Shown here in pieces: positions 8,349 through 17,231 of a stretch of DNA of 31,105 bases. The stretch covers positions 1-31,105 of the forward strand of contig JBKHVI010000033.1 of assembly GCA_046570105.1 (NCBI GenBank). Direction: 5' to 3'. Position numbers and translations under genes: made by a program. How positions within the stretch are numbered: the first letter of the stretch is position 1; each line of letters starts with the position of its first letter. Below the pieces are notes generated by a model. The model was not told the DNA's origin. It searched no databases and saw nothing but the letters and a program-made list of their open reading frames with translations. This DNA comes from Bacteriovoracia bacterium. Its GTDB lineage: Bacteria > Bdellovibrionota > Bacteriovoracia > Bacteriovoracales > Bacteriovoracaceae.

Positions 8349-8693
8349 TTAGGCGATACTGCGAATCTCGAGTTGACCGTGGAGTGCGTCAAGAACTCCC
8401 TGGAATTCACTCAAGGTCGGAAGATTACCGAAGTGGGTATTTTCATGCATGTTCATGCAGATGAAATCCGCCACCTCGATAGGTCGTGAGCGTTCGGAGT
8501 CCTTACAGAAGGCTCTCCAATTACTCTGACCGGTTTGACGATAGGACTGGAAAAGACTCTCGATGAGTTCCGCGCGGGTCTTAACTCCCAGACCGATCAC
8601 TTGTCCCGCGCCACCTAACTCGAGATACCACACTCGGTAGTCTTGGCGGTGCTGCGGATGCTGTTTCGTTTCCACGGCGATTGCAAGATACAT
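8349..8693 (-). CDS. hypothetical protein (weak resemblance to DUF3892-type small proteins)
   Basis: 114-aa ORF with strong AAGGAGG SD, own -10 (TATGAT, 8811-8816) and terminator. The family resemblance is from memory only (TRAELI, NLP motifs). Confidence 0.7.
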   Translation of the reverse strand: MYLAIAVETKQHPQHRQDYRVWYLELGGAGQVIGLGVKTRAELIESLFQSYRQTGQSNWRAFCKDSERSRPIEVADFICMNMHENTHFGNLPTLSEFQGVLDALHGQLEIRSIA

Positions 8694-8699
8694 AGGGGC

Positions 8700-8805
8700 C
8701 TCCTTCTCTCGTGGGAAAATCCATTTTCCCGGATGTGTGTGTAAAAGGAGTGCTGTGAGGTTTCCATCCTAGAAGCCGAGCACTCCTTTGCTCGCATCCT
8801 GCTTA
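8700..8805 (-). promoter_or_regulatory. structured 5' leader (or small RNA) with multiple GGA motifs
   Basis: 11-bp perfect stem 8744-8754/8779-8789, outer stem 8731-8735/8795-8799, and hairpin GGGAAAA-TGGA-TTTTCCC (8713-8730, minus strand). Confidence 0.5.
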
Positions 8806-9051
8806 TAGAAATCATACGCCTCAAAAGCCGCTTTCAGAGGGCCTTTTCACTTTTTTCTTCTGACGTGCAGGTGAGGGGAAGTCAGATTGTGCGGGGCCAA
8901 AAAAGCAGCCTGGTCCTCTACTTGAGTTATTTAGGTCACTTGCTTGGATGCGTTATAGGGGCGTTTTGCCCCTGCCAAAATAATGTCCCCCCAAGGTACT
9001 ACGAGTTATTTTTCTCTGACGTAATGACTCTTCGTTCTTACAATGAAGCTT

Positions 9052-10626
9052 ATGTCGACCAAGAATGTTTTGAAGTCTTCTTTTGTGATGGCGATCGCCA
9101 CTTTTTGCTCACGCATCCTAGGATTGGTGCGCGAACAAATTATGGCCGCGTATTTCGGTGCGAGTGGACTCACTGATGCATTCTTAGTGGCGTACCGTAT
9201 TCCCAATTTGCTGCGCGATCTTTTGGCAGAGGGGGCTTTCTCTTCAGCGTTTGTTCCGACTTTTACTGAAGCTAATCAAGAGTCACAAAGTGCGGGTCGA
9301 AAACTTTTGTGGGAACTCTTTATTATTCTCGGCACGCTTACCAGTGTGATTAGTGTTTTGATTTTTGCATTCGCTCCTGAATTGATTTCAGTTTTTGCTC
9401 CCAGTTTTAAATTAGAACCAGAAAAGTTTGAACTCACTGTGACGCTGACTCGAATCATGTGTCCGTTTTTATTTTTTATTTCTCTGGCCGCTCTATTTAT
9501 GGGTGCGCTCAATTCATTGCGCGTCTTCTTTGTTCCTGCTCTTGCTCCGGCATCTTACAATGTCATGAGTATCCTCTCGATGTTGCTATTGGCAGCATGG
9601 CTTGATCGGCAAGGTTACTCACCGGTTTTGAGTCTGGGCTGGGGAGCGATGCTAGGTGGATTCATGCAAGCGATTGTACAACTTCCACTTCTTATTAAGC
9701 GTGGTTATGGACCGATTCGTCCGACAGAAATCGGCAGTAAGCGGGCCAAAAAAATTGTCGCACTCTTGGGACCAGGGCTGATTGGATTTGCTGCCGCTCA
9801 AATTAATCTTTTGGTGAATACGGTGTTGGCGACATCTTCTGCCGTCGGTGCCACCTCATGGCTTAATTATGCTTTTCGTTTATTCCAACTTCCGGTGGGA
9901 ATACTTTCGGTTTCAATTGGAAATTCCAATCTTGTGCATTTTTCTGCCGCTTGGAAAAAAGGCGACAAAGAAGAGGCCTTAAGTTCTTTGTCTTCCAGTT
10001 ATTATTTAAGTTTTCTCTCGGTCCTTCCGGCGATGGCGCTGTTGTTTACTTTGAGTGATGAAACAGTACGTGTGATTTTTGAGCGCGGCCGTTTTACCTC
10101 GGAGAGTACTTACATGACTGCCATGGCGCTCAAAATGTATGTGCTGGGTTTACCTCTTTATAGTTTGTATAAAATTTGGGTGCCGACATTTTATGCCATT
10201 GATCGCCAGCGAGTGCCGGTGATTTCATCCATCATTTCAATCGCTGTGAATATGGCCTTTTGTTGGTGGATGACTCCGCGCTTTGGGTTTGCCATGCTCG
10301 CATTGGGGACGACGGTCTCGATGTTTCTTAACTGCGCTATTTTGGCGGTTATGCTGAAACGTGATCTGGCCTTGAAATGGAATTTCTTTTTTACGCTGCG
10401 GTTGGCAAAACTTTTTGTGGCGACAATATTGATGGGGATAACTGGAGAAAAATTATCAACCGCCTGGGTGTTAGAAAATGCAAACGTGGTGCAGCAGTTA
10501 ACTCACTTAAGTCTGATTAGTGCCGCCAGTTTAATGGTTTTTGCGACTGTGTTAATTGTTACTGGGGAGCGTGAAGCGGTTTTAAATATTGTTCGACGTG
10601 TTCAAGGTCGCTTCAAAAAGCGCTAA
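9052..10626 (+). CDS. murJ: lipid II flippase MurJ (MviN)
   Basis: SRILGLVRE, DAFLVAYRIPNLLRDLLAEGAFSSAFVP, YAFRLFQLPVG and ERGRF motifs. Start placed at ATG 9052 rather than 9043 because CTGACG-N17-TACAAT (9016-9044) overlaps 9043. Confidence 0.96.
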   Translation: MSTKNVLKSSFVMAIATFCSRILGLVREQIMAAYFGASGLTDAFLVAYRIPNLLRDLLAEGAFSSAFVPTFTEANQESQSAGRKLLWELFIILGTLTSVISVLIFAFAPELISVFAPSFKLEPEKFELTVTLTRIMCPFLFFISLAALFMGALNSLRVFFVPALAPASYNVMSILSMLLLAAWLDRQGYSPVLSLGWGAMLGGFMQAIVQLPLLIKRGYGPIRPTEIGSKRAKKIVALLGPGLIGFAAAQINLLVNTVLATSSAVGATSWLNYAFRLFQLPVGILSVSIGNSNLVHFSAAWKKGDKEEALSSLSSSYYLSFLSVLPAMALLFTLSDETVRVIFERGRFTSESTYMTAMALKMYVLGLPLYSLYKIWVPTFYAIDRQRVPVISSIISIAVNMAFCWWMTPRFGFAMLALGTTVSMFLNCAILAVMLKRDLALKWNFFFTLRLAKLFVATILMGITGEKLSTAWVLENANVVQQLTHLSLISAASLMVFATVLIVTGEREAVLNIVRRVQGRFKKR

Positions 10627-10703
10627 TTTTTCGCTGGTTTATGTTGTAGCGACCTTTGAATTCCGGTATCCTGAACCTGATTTATCTATTTGAAGGATCG
10701 CCT

Positions 10704-11159
10704 ATGAAGACTGATTTCGAAACCCTGAAGGGGCTTTCTGCACATACAATCAATCACTTGAAGCAAGCTGAGCTTATTGATTTCGCTGCTGATACCCGTG
10801 CTGATTTGATTGAAGCTCTTGCCACTGAGTACGGTGTAAGCTTTGCCACTGATGAAAACATCAAAGAGCAGGCCATTGAAGAAGTGGAAGAAAAGTTTGG
10901 AGCGGACAATCTTCCTGAAAATATCACTGAAACAGAAATGTTCAACCATGCGCGCAAAGAGATCATCAAGTCGTTCAATGGTGAGAACATCGGTGGACTC
11001 TATTTGATGGAGTCTCTCCATAATATCGCTATTCGCGTGAAGAACTTCATGTTGAATTCGGATCTAGTAGAAGACGTCTACTGCTCAGATGAAGACTTGA
11101 TCGAGTTCTTGGTCGAGAAGATTCGCGAATTCGCACCCAAGCGTGACATTCGTAACTAA
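10704..11159 (+). CDS. hypothetical acidic protein, possibly DUF507-like
   Basis: ATG 10704 has a GAAGGA SD and an upstream TTGTAG-N17-TATCCT (10644-10672); helical and acidic; family assignment tentative. Confidence 0.65.
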   Translation: MKTDFETLKGLSAHTINHLKQAELIDFAADTRADLIEALATEYGVSFATDENIKEQAIEEVEEKFGADNLPENITETEMFNHARKEIIKSFNGENIGGLYLMESLHNIAIRVKNFMLNSDLVEDVYCSDEDLIEFLVEKIREFAPKRDIRN

Positions 11160-11737
11160 GCTTTAATTTTCATCAGCGATAAGCACTCTTCGAAGAATGG
11201 ACCCTCAACCAGTCCATTCAAGACAGAGCTGCGACTTTCGCACAAGTAATAACCATTCTCGGCCTTGTGGCGAAACAGATACATATCAAAGTAGACACGA
11301 TCTTCAATGCGCTGACTGGCCTTGCCTTCTACGCGGATCACTTCAGTAAAATATTTTTGAGTGTCAGCATCTTTAAAGAGGTGCTGTGAGTTGGTTTCAA
11401 TCACCACGTCGTCTTTGTCGTAATCCAATTCCTCGCTCTCGATTTTATTGTGAAGAATATCGGGCAGCGAGATTTCATTGCCACCTGGAAAAAATTCAAA
11501 ACGTGCATACCAGTCGTAGCGAGTGTCGGTGCGCTCAAATTGAATCAGATTATTTTCTTGGCGAGAAATACTCCACCAACGCGGGATAGGGAGATTGAGT
11601 TTACCGAATTCCACCTCGAAGCTCTCATCGATAAAGTCTGTCGATTCTTGTCGGACAATCTTCAAAGTATAGATTGCCGCTCCTAATATAAGGAGCAAAA
11701 TGACCCAATCAAAGAGGTGGTTCAAGACATTTTCCAT
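11156..11737 (-). CDS. hypothetical protein with N-terminal membrane anchor
   Basis: 193-aa ORF, hydrophobic WVILLLILGAAIYTL; upstream TTCCAC-N17-TAAGAT and AGGA SD. Confidence 0.7.
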   Translation of the reverse strand: MENVLNHLFDWVILLLILGAAIYTLKIVRQESTDFIDESFEVEFGKLNLPIPRWWSISRQENNLIQFERTDTRYDWYARFEFFPGGNEISLPDILHNKIESEELDYDKDDVVIETNSQHLFKDADTQKYFTEVIRVEGKASQRIEDRVYFDMYLFRHKAENGYYLCESRSSVLNGLVEGPFFEECLSLMKIKA

Positions 11738-11937
11738 AGAATTCCTGCATCTTACGCAATTTCAAAGCATCGTGGAACCCCGATCTTTCTTGTGAAATTA
11801 AAGTCTTGGCCCAAGTCTTCCGACAGGTATCCGAAGCCGTCGGGATTTTTTTGCCTCATCCCAAACGGTCGATTGCTTGATGCTAGAATAAAAACTGGGT
11901 TAGTGGACCATCGTCCACGTTAAATCGGGTAGGACAT

Positions 11938-13941
11938 ATGAAAAAAATGTTGTTCACACTTCTCTTTCTCTCGTTTGGTGCTCACGCCAACGAGCAGCTA
12001 GCGAATAAGATTTACGATTTTTGTAAATCGAATGGAGGGAAGGTTCAATACGAGCCAACTGCTTCAGTGGATCCTGCCTCTGGGCAAGTGTGCGTGAAGA
12101 GCGCCTGTGCCATTGATTCGCGCGAAGGCGATAATCAGTGTGACATTAATATTGATTCGCAAACTATTCCTTCTGGATGTGCTCGCGCCGTACTTAAAAC
12201 ATGCGGAACGGTTGTCACTTCAGCGGGCTCACAATCTGGATCGCAGTCTGGTTCACAATCTGGATCGCAGTCTGGTTCACAATCGGGCTCTCAGTCAGGC
12301 TCACAAAGTGGATCACAATCTGGTTCACAAGGTGGCTCACAGTCAGGCTCTGGTTCAGGTTCTGGTGAACGTCAAGAAGTCGGCTCTGATCGTGATGGTG
12401 GATTCTATTGCGAAGATTTGGGCGGCTACATGTATGACGATCATCCATGTTACAGCAAATGTAAAAAAACCTGGGGCTTCTTCGGTCTATTCTCGAAAGA
12501 GGGTGCAGAACGCAAAGAGTGTCGTCAGTGTTTAGGTATTCGCTCTGCTGAAGATGCAGTCTATGTTCGTGGTGCTTCTGTTGGAAGTGGTCGCGGCGGC
12601 GGCAGTGTCTATGTTGCTGGTGGCTCAGTCGGCGGTGGTTCAGTTCGCGTTGCGGGCGGAGTAGCTGGCGGTGGACGCGTAGTGATTGGTGATGGCGACG
12701 GTGGCGATTGGGTCACAGTTGTTGTTGATGGTGTGACTTACAGAATTCCATCTCACTGTGTGAACAGTGATGGCAGTGTGAAATCAAGTTGTCGCGGTTA
12801 CCTCACGGCGGAATACCGTGTCGGCGGCGGCGGTAGTTCACGTTGTGAATACAGCTCTGATATGCGCGGCTGTATCGGTGATGATGACTACACTCGAATT
12901 GTTTCTCGTCACCAGACCGGTGTCGATTGTGTGAACTGTGCGGCCGGTAGTCGTGGCGGTCAACACTGGCTTTCAGGTGTTGCCGAAATCGTCGGTGCGA
13001 TTGCTCCACCACTTGCTCAATTCGGTGTCGCTTACATGGGCTACAAAGGTGTCAAAGCTTCTTCAGAAGCATGGGCCGGAGCCGCGACAGCAGGATTTGA
13101 ACAGTGTCGTTTGTCTCAGCAAGATTATTTGAACTATCTACAAAACAATGAACTTCCAGGAATGACACCTGAGCAACAAGCGGCCATGCGCTGTAACGGT
13201 TACTCTCTCGGCGGTTACGCTGGTATGGGTGGACAGTTCGGTAATGGTTATGGTGGTGCCGGCAATCCATGGATCGGCGGTGGTTATTCACCAGGCTTCA
13301 TGGGCGGCATGATTGGACCTTACGGAAATATTAATCCATACGGCGGCGGTTATGCGGTTGGCGGAATGCCAGGCGGCGGCCTTGTCGGTGGAATTTACGC
13401 GGTCGGCGGAATGGCCGGCGGTGGAATGGTGGCCGGCGGATATGCTGGTGGCTACGCTGGCGGATATGCTGGTGGCTACGCTGGCGGTTATGCCGGTGGA
13501 TACGCTGGTGGTTATGCCGGTGGATACGCTGGTGGCGGATATGCCGGTGGCTACAACGGTGGCATGATGTATCCAGCAGGCGGCGCAGTCGGTGGACTCT
13601 ATGTTGTCGCAGGAGCAGGCGGCGGTGCTTATCCAGGTTACCCAGGTGGTGGTGGCGGTTGGGGCTCAGGAACTCTTCCATACCCTGGTGGTAATGGTGG
13701 TTACTGGGGTGCAACGGGCGGCTACGGTTTACAACAGTCGTATATGCAAAACCAAATGGCGTCTAACCAAGATGCGATGTTCCAGCAGCAAGGTCTTGCG
13801 AGTCAGTTCGGTCAAGCGGCCAACAACTCACAGATGTATGCGGGCGGTTATGGTGCTGGCTACGGCGGCTACGGTTCAGCAGGCTTTTCACCTATGAACA
13901 TGGGAGCATCGATCGGCTTCGGTGTGGGTGTAGGCTTCTAA
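11938..13941 (+). CDS. secreted Gly/Tyr/Cys-rich low-complexity repeat protein
   Basis: Signal peptide MKKMLFTLLFLSFGAHA; about 19 Cys; SGSQ and GGYA repeats; extended -10 TGcTAGAAT (11881-11889), AGGA SD and own terminator. Confidence 0.85.
   Translation: MKKMLFTLLFLSFGAHANEQLANKIYDFCKSNGGKVQYEPTASVDPASGQVCVKSACAIDSREGDNQCDINIDSQTIPSGCARAVLKTCGTVVTSAGSQSGSQSGSQSGSQSGSQSGSQSGSQSGSQSGSQGGSQSGSGSGSGERQEVGSDRDGGFYCEDLGGYMYDDHPCYSKCKKTWGFFGLFSKEGAERKECRQCLGIRSAEDAVYVRGASVGSGRGGGSVYVAGGSVGGGSVRVAGGVAGGGRVVIGDGDGGDWVTVVVDGVTYRIPSHCVNSDGSVKSSCRGYLTAEYRVGGGGSSRCEYSSDMRGCIGDDDYTRIVSRHQTGVDCVNCAAGSRGGQHWLSGVAEIVGAIAPPLAQFGVAYMGYKGVKASSEAWAGAATAGFEQCRLSQQDYLNYLQNNELPGMTPEQQAAMRCNGYSLGGYAGMGGQFGNGYGGAGNPWIGGGYSPGFMGGMIGPYGNINPYGGGYAVGGMPGGGLVGGIYAVGGMAGGGMVAGGYAGGYAGGYAGGYAGGYAGGYAGGYAGGYAGGGYAGGYNGGMMYPAGGAVGGLYVVAGAGGGAYPGYPGGGGGWGSGTLPYPGGNGGYWGATGGYGLQQSYMQNQMASNQDAMFQQQGLASQFGQAANNSQMYAGGYGAGYGGYGSAGFSPMNMGASIGFGVGVGF
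12226..12366 (+). repeat. coding tandem repeat: 10 GSQ units (8 SGSQ) then SG repeats
   Basis: 12-bp period with synonymous codon variation. Confidence 0.9.
13435..13557 (+). repeat. coding tandem repeat: (GGYA)x8, GGGYA, GGYN
   Basis: 12-bp period with synonymous codon variation. Confidence 0.9.
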
Positions 13942-13964
13942 AAGAAATTGAAATTAGAAAAGCG

Positions 13965-13991
13965 AAGGGCCTCGAAAGAGGCCCTTTTTTT
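13965..13991 (+). terminator. intrinsic terminator after the Gly-rich gene
   Basis: AAGGGCCTC-GAAA-GAGGCCCTT followed by a T-tract. Confidence 0.85.
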
Positions 13992-14601
13992 ATGGTAAGT
14001 AGTTCGTGACGATATCTGAGCCGTTAAGTTCTCCTGGTCTCAACCAAGTTATTTGCAGAGTCGCAAATAAGTGGGCGTTGGCCTTAAGCCACTCATCATT
14101 CACACCATTTTTGCGCAAATCACGTTGGGCCATACCTGGAATCCGGAGTGCTCCTGGTATAACCGCAGCTTGATGAAAACCAAAATTGGCATAACGGCCT
14201 GCTTGGCGAATATCACCGACCATAAACAAAGGGATACAAGCAGAAGCACACATAGTGGTGACTTCAGTGGTAATTTCACATTGCTTACTTTCCTCACCAT
14301 GGGGGTAGCAGGCTTTTTTGATGGCTTTTGAAAGCTGATTGAATTTTACTTGAAAGCCACCGCCACTATTGAGTTTCAGTAAGATGTCTTTACCCGGTTT
14401 TATCATCTTCTTAACTTCGTTTAGCCCAGTGAGGTCTTCAACGATGCCACTCAAAATTTGACCACGTAAGCTGATGATTTGCTCATCTTGAGTTTCTTTG
14501 TAAGTCAGCGAATAGTTTTTGCCACTGAATTGGTAATCAGCAAAAGCTGGTGCGCTTCCTATTAACAACAGACTAATGATAAGTAGATAAGGTCGACGCA
14601 T
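13990..14601 (-). CDS. exported ClpP/crotonase-fold protein (COG3904-like)
   Basis: Start moved to MRRPYLL (GGAGA SD, signal peptide ending AFA); motifs LNSGGG, CASAC..LF..G..R, FGFHQ. Confidence 0.7.
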   Translation of the reverse strand: MRRPYLLIISLLLIGSAPAFADYQFSGKNYSLTYKETQDEQIISLRGQILSGIVEDLTGLNEVKKMIKPGKDILLKLNSGGGFQVKFNQLSKAIKKACYPHGEESKQCEITTEVTTMCASACIPLFMVGDIRQAGRYANFGFHQAAVIPGALRIPGMAQRDLRKNGVNDEWLKANAHLFATLQITWLRPGELNGSDIVTNYLP

Positions 14602-14680
14602 AGGATTCTCCATAAGGGGGTGAATCATAAACGTGGGATAAATTAAGTGAGAGTTTTTGAAAAGATTATAGGATTTAGGC

Positions 14681-14706
14681 AAAAAAAAAGCCCCTTGCGG
14701 GGCTTT
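14681..14706 (-). terminator. intrinsic terminator of the 144-aa gene
   Basis: Minus strand AAAGCCCC-GCAA-GGGGCTTT with a long T-tract. Confidence 0.85.
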
Positions 14707-14708
14707 GA

Positions 14709-15143
14709 TTACATTTGCTTGTTGTGAACGAGCATTTTGATTTCGTGGCGGAACACCACTTCAATCGTGCTGGCGTTAACCGCTTGAACGATACCCGGGC
14801 CGAACTTCGAGTGATCGATCACGTCACCTGTTTTATATTTTTGATCAATACCGTAAGGCTGGCTCTTCGCTGTAGTCTTGTTCAACTTTTCCATCCAAAG
14901 ATCAGAAATCGAAACGACTTTTGAGCTGGCCTTAGAAGTTGAAGTCGCGCTCTTGCGAGTGCGTGTTTTGTTAGCAGTCGAGACAGAGGGATCTTTGTAA
15001 GACTGGATAGTCGTACAGGTGTTGCATTTTACCTTGGCGATACTCTTAGTATCTTTCATGGCCACGATAGTGTGCGAGAGATTCAATTTGCATTTAGTGC
15101 AAAACGAGAGGACGTCTTTTCCGACGGTAATAGCTGAAGCCAT
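14709..15143 (-). CDS. hypothetical protein: Zn-ribbon plus C-terminal PcrA/UvrD-type Tudor-like domain
   Basis: CTKC and CNTC pairs, basic S/T linker, C-terminal YKTGDVIDHSKFGPGIV...IEVVF. Confidence 0.75.
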   Translation of the reverse strand: MASAITVGKDVLSFCTKCKLNLSHTIVAMKDTKSIAKVKCNTCTTIQSYKDPSVSTANKTRTRKSATSTSKASSKVVSISDLWMEKLNKTTAKSQPYGIDQKYKTGDVIDHSKFGPGIVQAVNASTIEVVFRHEIKMLVHNKQM

Positions 15144-15219
15144 GATGTTTCCTTTTTGGCCCTTTCAAGCGACAATGACGGTCTATACTACATCAACATG
15201 CCCCCTCCCGTAAAGGAAG

Positions 15220-17112
15220 GTGAGCTTCGTGGATAAACTCACGACTCTTCTCGATAAAGCACGCACTCTGCCGCAGGAATCAGGTTGCTACCTGATGAAG
15301 GATCTTCATGGCCGAGTTATCTACGTAGGTAAGGCCAAACGTCTTCGTTCACGCGTCACGTCGTACTTTGATGCTTCTGCCAAGAGTGTAAAGACGCAAT
15401 TTCTTGTGACTCATGCACAGGATTTCGACTTCATTTTAACGCGATCTGATGCAGAGTCTTATGTGCTCGAGAACAACCTCATTAAGAAGCACAACCCCAA
15501 ATACAATATCCGACTTAAAGACGATAAGAGCTATCCCTGGGTTTTAGTCGATCATGAAGAACCGTTTCCGCGTTTGGAGTATGTGCGTCGACCCAAAAAA
15601 GGGAAGGGTAAAGAACTCTACGGGCCGTTTCCGGTTGGTTCAAATATCTCTGCCGTCATGCGCGTGATTACGAAATCATTTATGTTACGGGATTGTAGTT
15701 TGAGTGAATTTAAATCCCGCAAAACCCCCTGCTTGCTACATCAAATGCAGCAGTGCTCTGCTCCCTGTGTGAAGCTGATTAGTGCCGAGGATTACGCCAA
15801 AGACTTAAGCCTTGCGACGGGTTTTTTTCAAAGTGAAACCAAGGCGCGCAGAGCACTCAAAGAACTCACCACTCGGATGGAGAGTTACGCTGAGGCCGAA
15901 CAGTTTGAGCGGGCCGCGAACGTACGCGACCATTTGGATGTGCTGAAAGCCTTCTTAGAACAATCTTATGAGCAGCATGTGGAATCACTCAAAGATGAAA
16001 ATGATGTGGATGTGTGGGCAGCCTACCAAGGTACAGACGAATTTGATTTCAGTCTCTATCTCATTCGCGGAGGCATGCTGATCGGCCAGAAGAATTTCCA
16101 TTTCCCGATTGGTGATTTGTCGGAAGATCTCTCCGAAGAGATGCGCGTGTTCTTATTGCAGTATTATGGTGACCCAGAACAAATTGCACCCGCACTGATT
16201 ATTCTAGATCACGAAGAAGAAGATGTGACGGATTGGAGTTCGGCATTAAAAGAAATTGCGGGAACAGTGAAGCCGCCGCAAGTTTATGGAAGACGCAAAA
16301 AATATTTGCCAGTAATTGAGATGTGCCGCCGTCACGCAGAAGAGTCGCAGCGCGTGCGCATTGCTAATCAAGATTCACCCTTTGTGGGACTTAAAAAACT
16401 TAAAGAGCTGCTCAATATGCGCGAGCTGCCACGCCATTTAGAATGCTACGATGTGGCTATTTGGCAGGGTAAATCACCGACTGCTTCGCAAGTGGTCTCG
16501 AATGACGGCAAGCTCGATAAGCGTTTATATCGTCACTATCATTTACAAGAATTACCGGAAGGAAATAACGACTTTGCCATGATGAGAGAAGTGATCTCAC
16601 GACGCTTACAGCATGGTGAGCTTCCGGATGTGTTGGTGATTGATGGAGGAACGGCTCAAGTGAATACGGTGTGTGCCGTTTTGCGCGAAATGAAAATTGA
16701 ATTGCCAGTGGTGGGTATAGCGAAAGCGCGTGATCTGACGGGGGACTTTACCAAGTCGGAGAGTGTGCGCTCAGAAGAGCGCTTGGTTATTCCAGGTCGC
16801 AAAGATCCCTATGTACTTCAAAAAACTCCCGCACTCATGCGTATTATTGTCACGCTTCGTGATGAAGCTCACCGCTTCTCACGTCGCCTTCATCACAAAG
16901 CAGAATCAAAACGCGTGCTCAGCACATGGATTGATGAAGTCAAAGGTCTCTCAGCGGCGACTCGTCAGACTGTACTGCAAAATCTCACCGTCTCGAAGAG
17001 TGAACTGGCAGAAATGAATGCGGATGAGATCAAAAGATTGTTAGGGATTAAACCCAAAGAGGCCTTGGTGCTCGCCCAGTTTTTAAACCAGGCGATTGAC
17101 GAGGATGACTAA
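15220..17112 (+). CDS. uvrC: excinuclease ABC subunit C
   Basis: GIY-YIG (GCYLM..VIYVGKAKRLRSRV), PKYNIRLKDDKSYP, Cys cluster, UVR motif (EQFERAA..RD), RNase H-like ECYD, IDGG, RDEAHRF. Start may be GTG 15229. Confidence 0.96.
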   Translation: MSFVDKLTTLLDKARTLPQESGCYLMKDLHGRVIYVGKAKRLRSRVTSYFDASAKSVKTQFLVTHAQDFDFILTRSDAESYVLENNLIKKHNPKYNIRLKDDKSYPWVLVDHEEPFPRLEYVRRPKKGKGKELYGPFPVGSNISAVMRVITKSFMLRDCSLSEFKSRKTPCLLHQMQQCSAPCVKLISAEDYAKDLSLATGFFQSETKARRALKELTTRMESYAEAEQFERAANVRDHLDVLKAFLEQSYEQHVESLKDENDVDVWAAYQGTDEFDFSLYLIRGGMLIGQKNFHFPIGDLSEDLSEEMRVFLLQYYGDPEQIAPALIILDHEEEDVTDWSSALKEIAGTVKPPQVYGRRKKYLPVIEMCRRHAEESQRVRIANQDSPFVGLKKLKELLNMRELPRHLECYDVAIWQGKSPTASQVVSNDGKLDKRLYRHYHLQELPEGNNDFAMMREVISRRLQHGELPDVLVIDGGTAQVNTVCAVLREMKIELPVVGIAKARDLTGDFTKSESVRSEERLVIPGRKDPYVLQKTPALMRIIVTLRDEAHRFSRRLHHKAESKRVLSTWIDEVKGLSAATRQTVLQNLTVSKSELAEMNADEIKRLLGIKPKEALVLAQFLNQAIDEDD

Positions 17113-17231
17113 AGCTAATCTCAGTTCTAGAATCGCTTCAAAATAGAAAAAATTCCTCTCCAGTAAACACATTTCATTCTCTAATTCATGATCTTTGAGC
17201 GACATATGCCCCAATCAATCGGGAGGGTAGC

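Noticed and set aside
8615..9206. ORFs 8615-8824, 8865-9176 and 9006-9206
   Set aside because: They span promoter or leader DNA or overlap murJ and the 114-aa gene; no family motifs.
12226..13557. Tandem repeats considered as a CRISPR array or contingency locus
   Set aside because: In-frame 12-bp coding repeats with synonymous variation, no spacers and no cas genes.
13331..13714. His/Arg-rich repetitive 127-aa minus-strand ORF, and the plus-strand alternative frames at 12107-12535 and 13313-13567
   Set aside because: By-products of the GGYA and SGSQ codon repeats.
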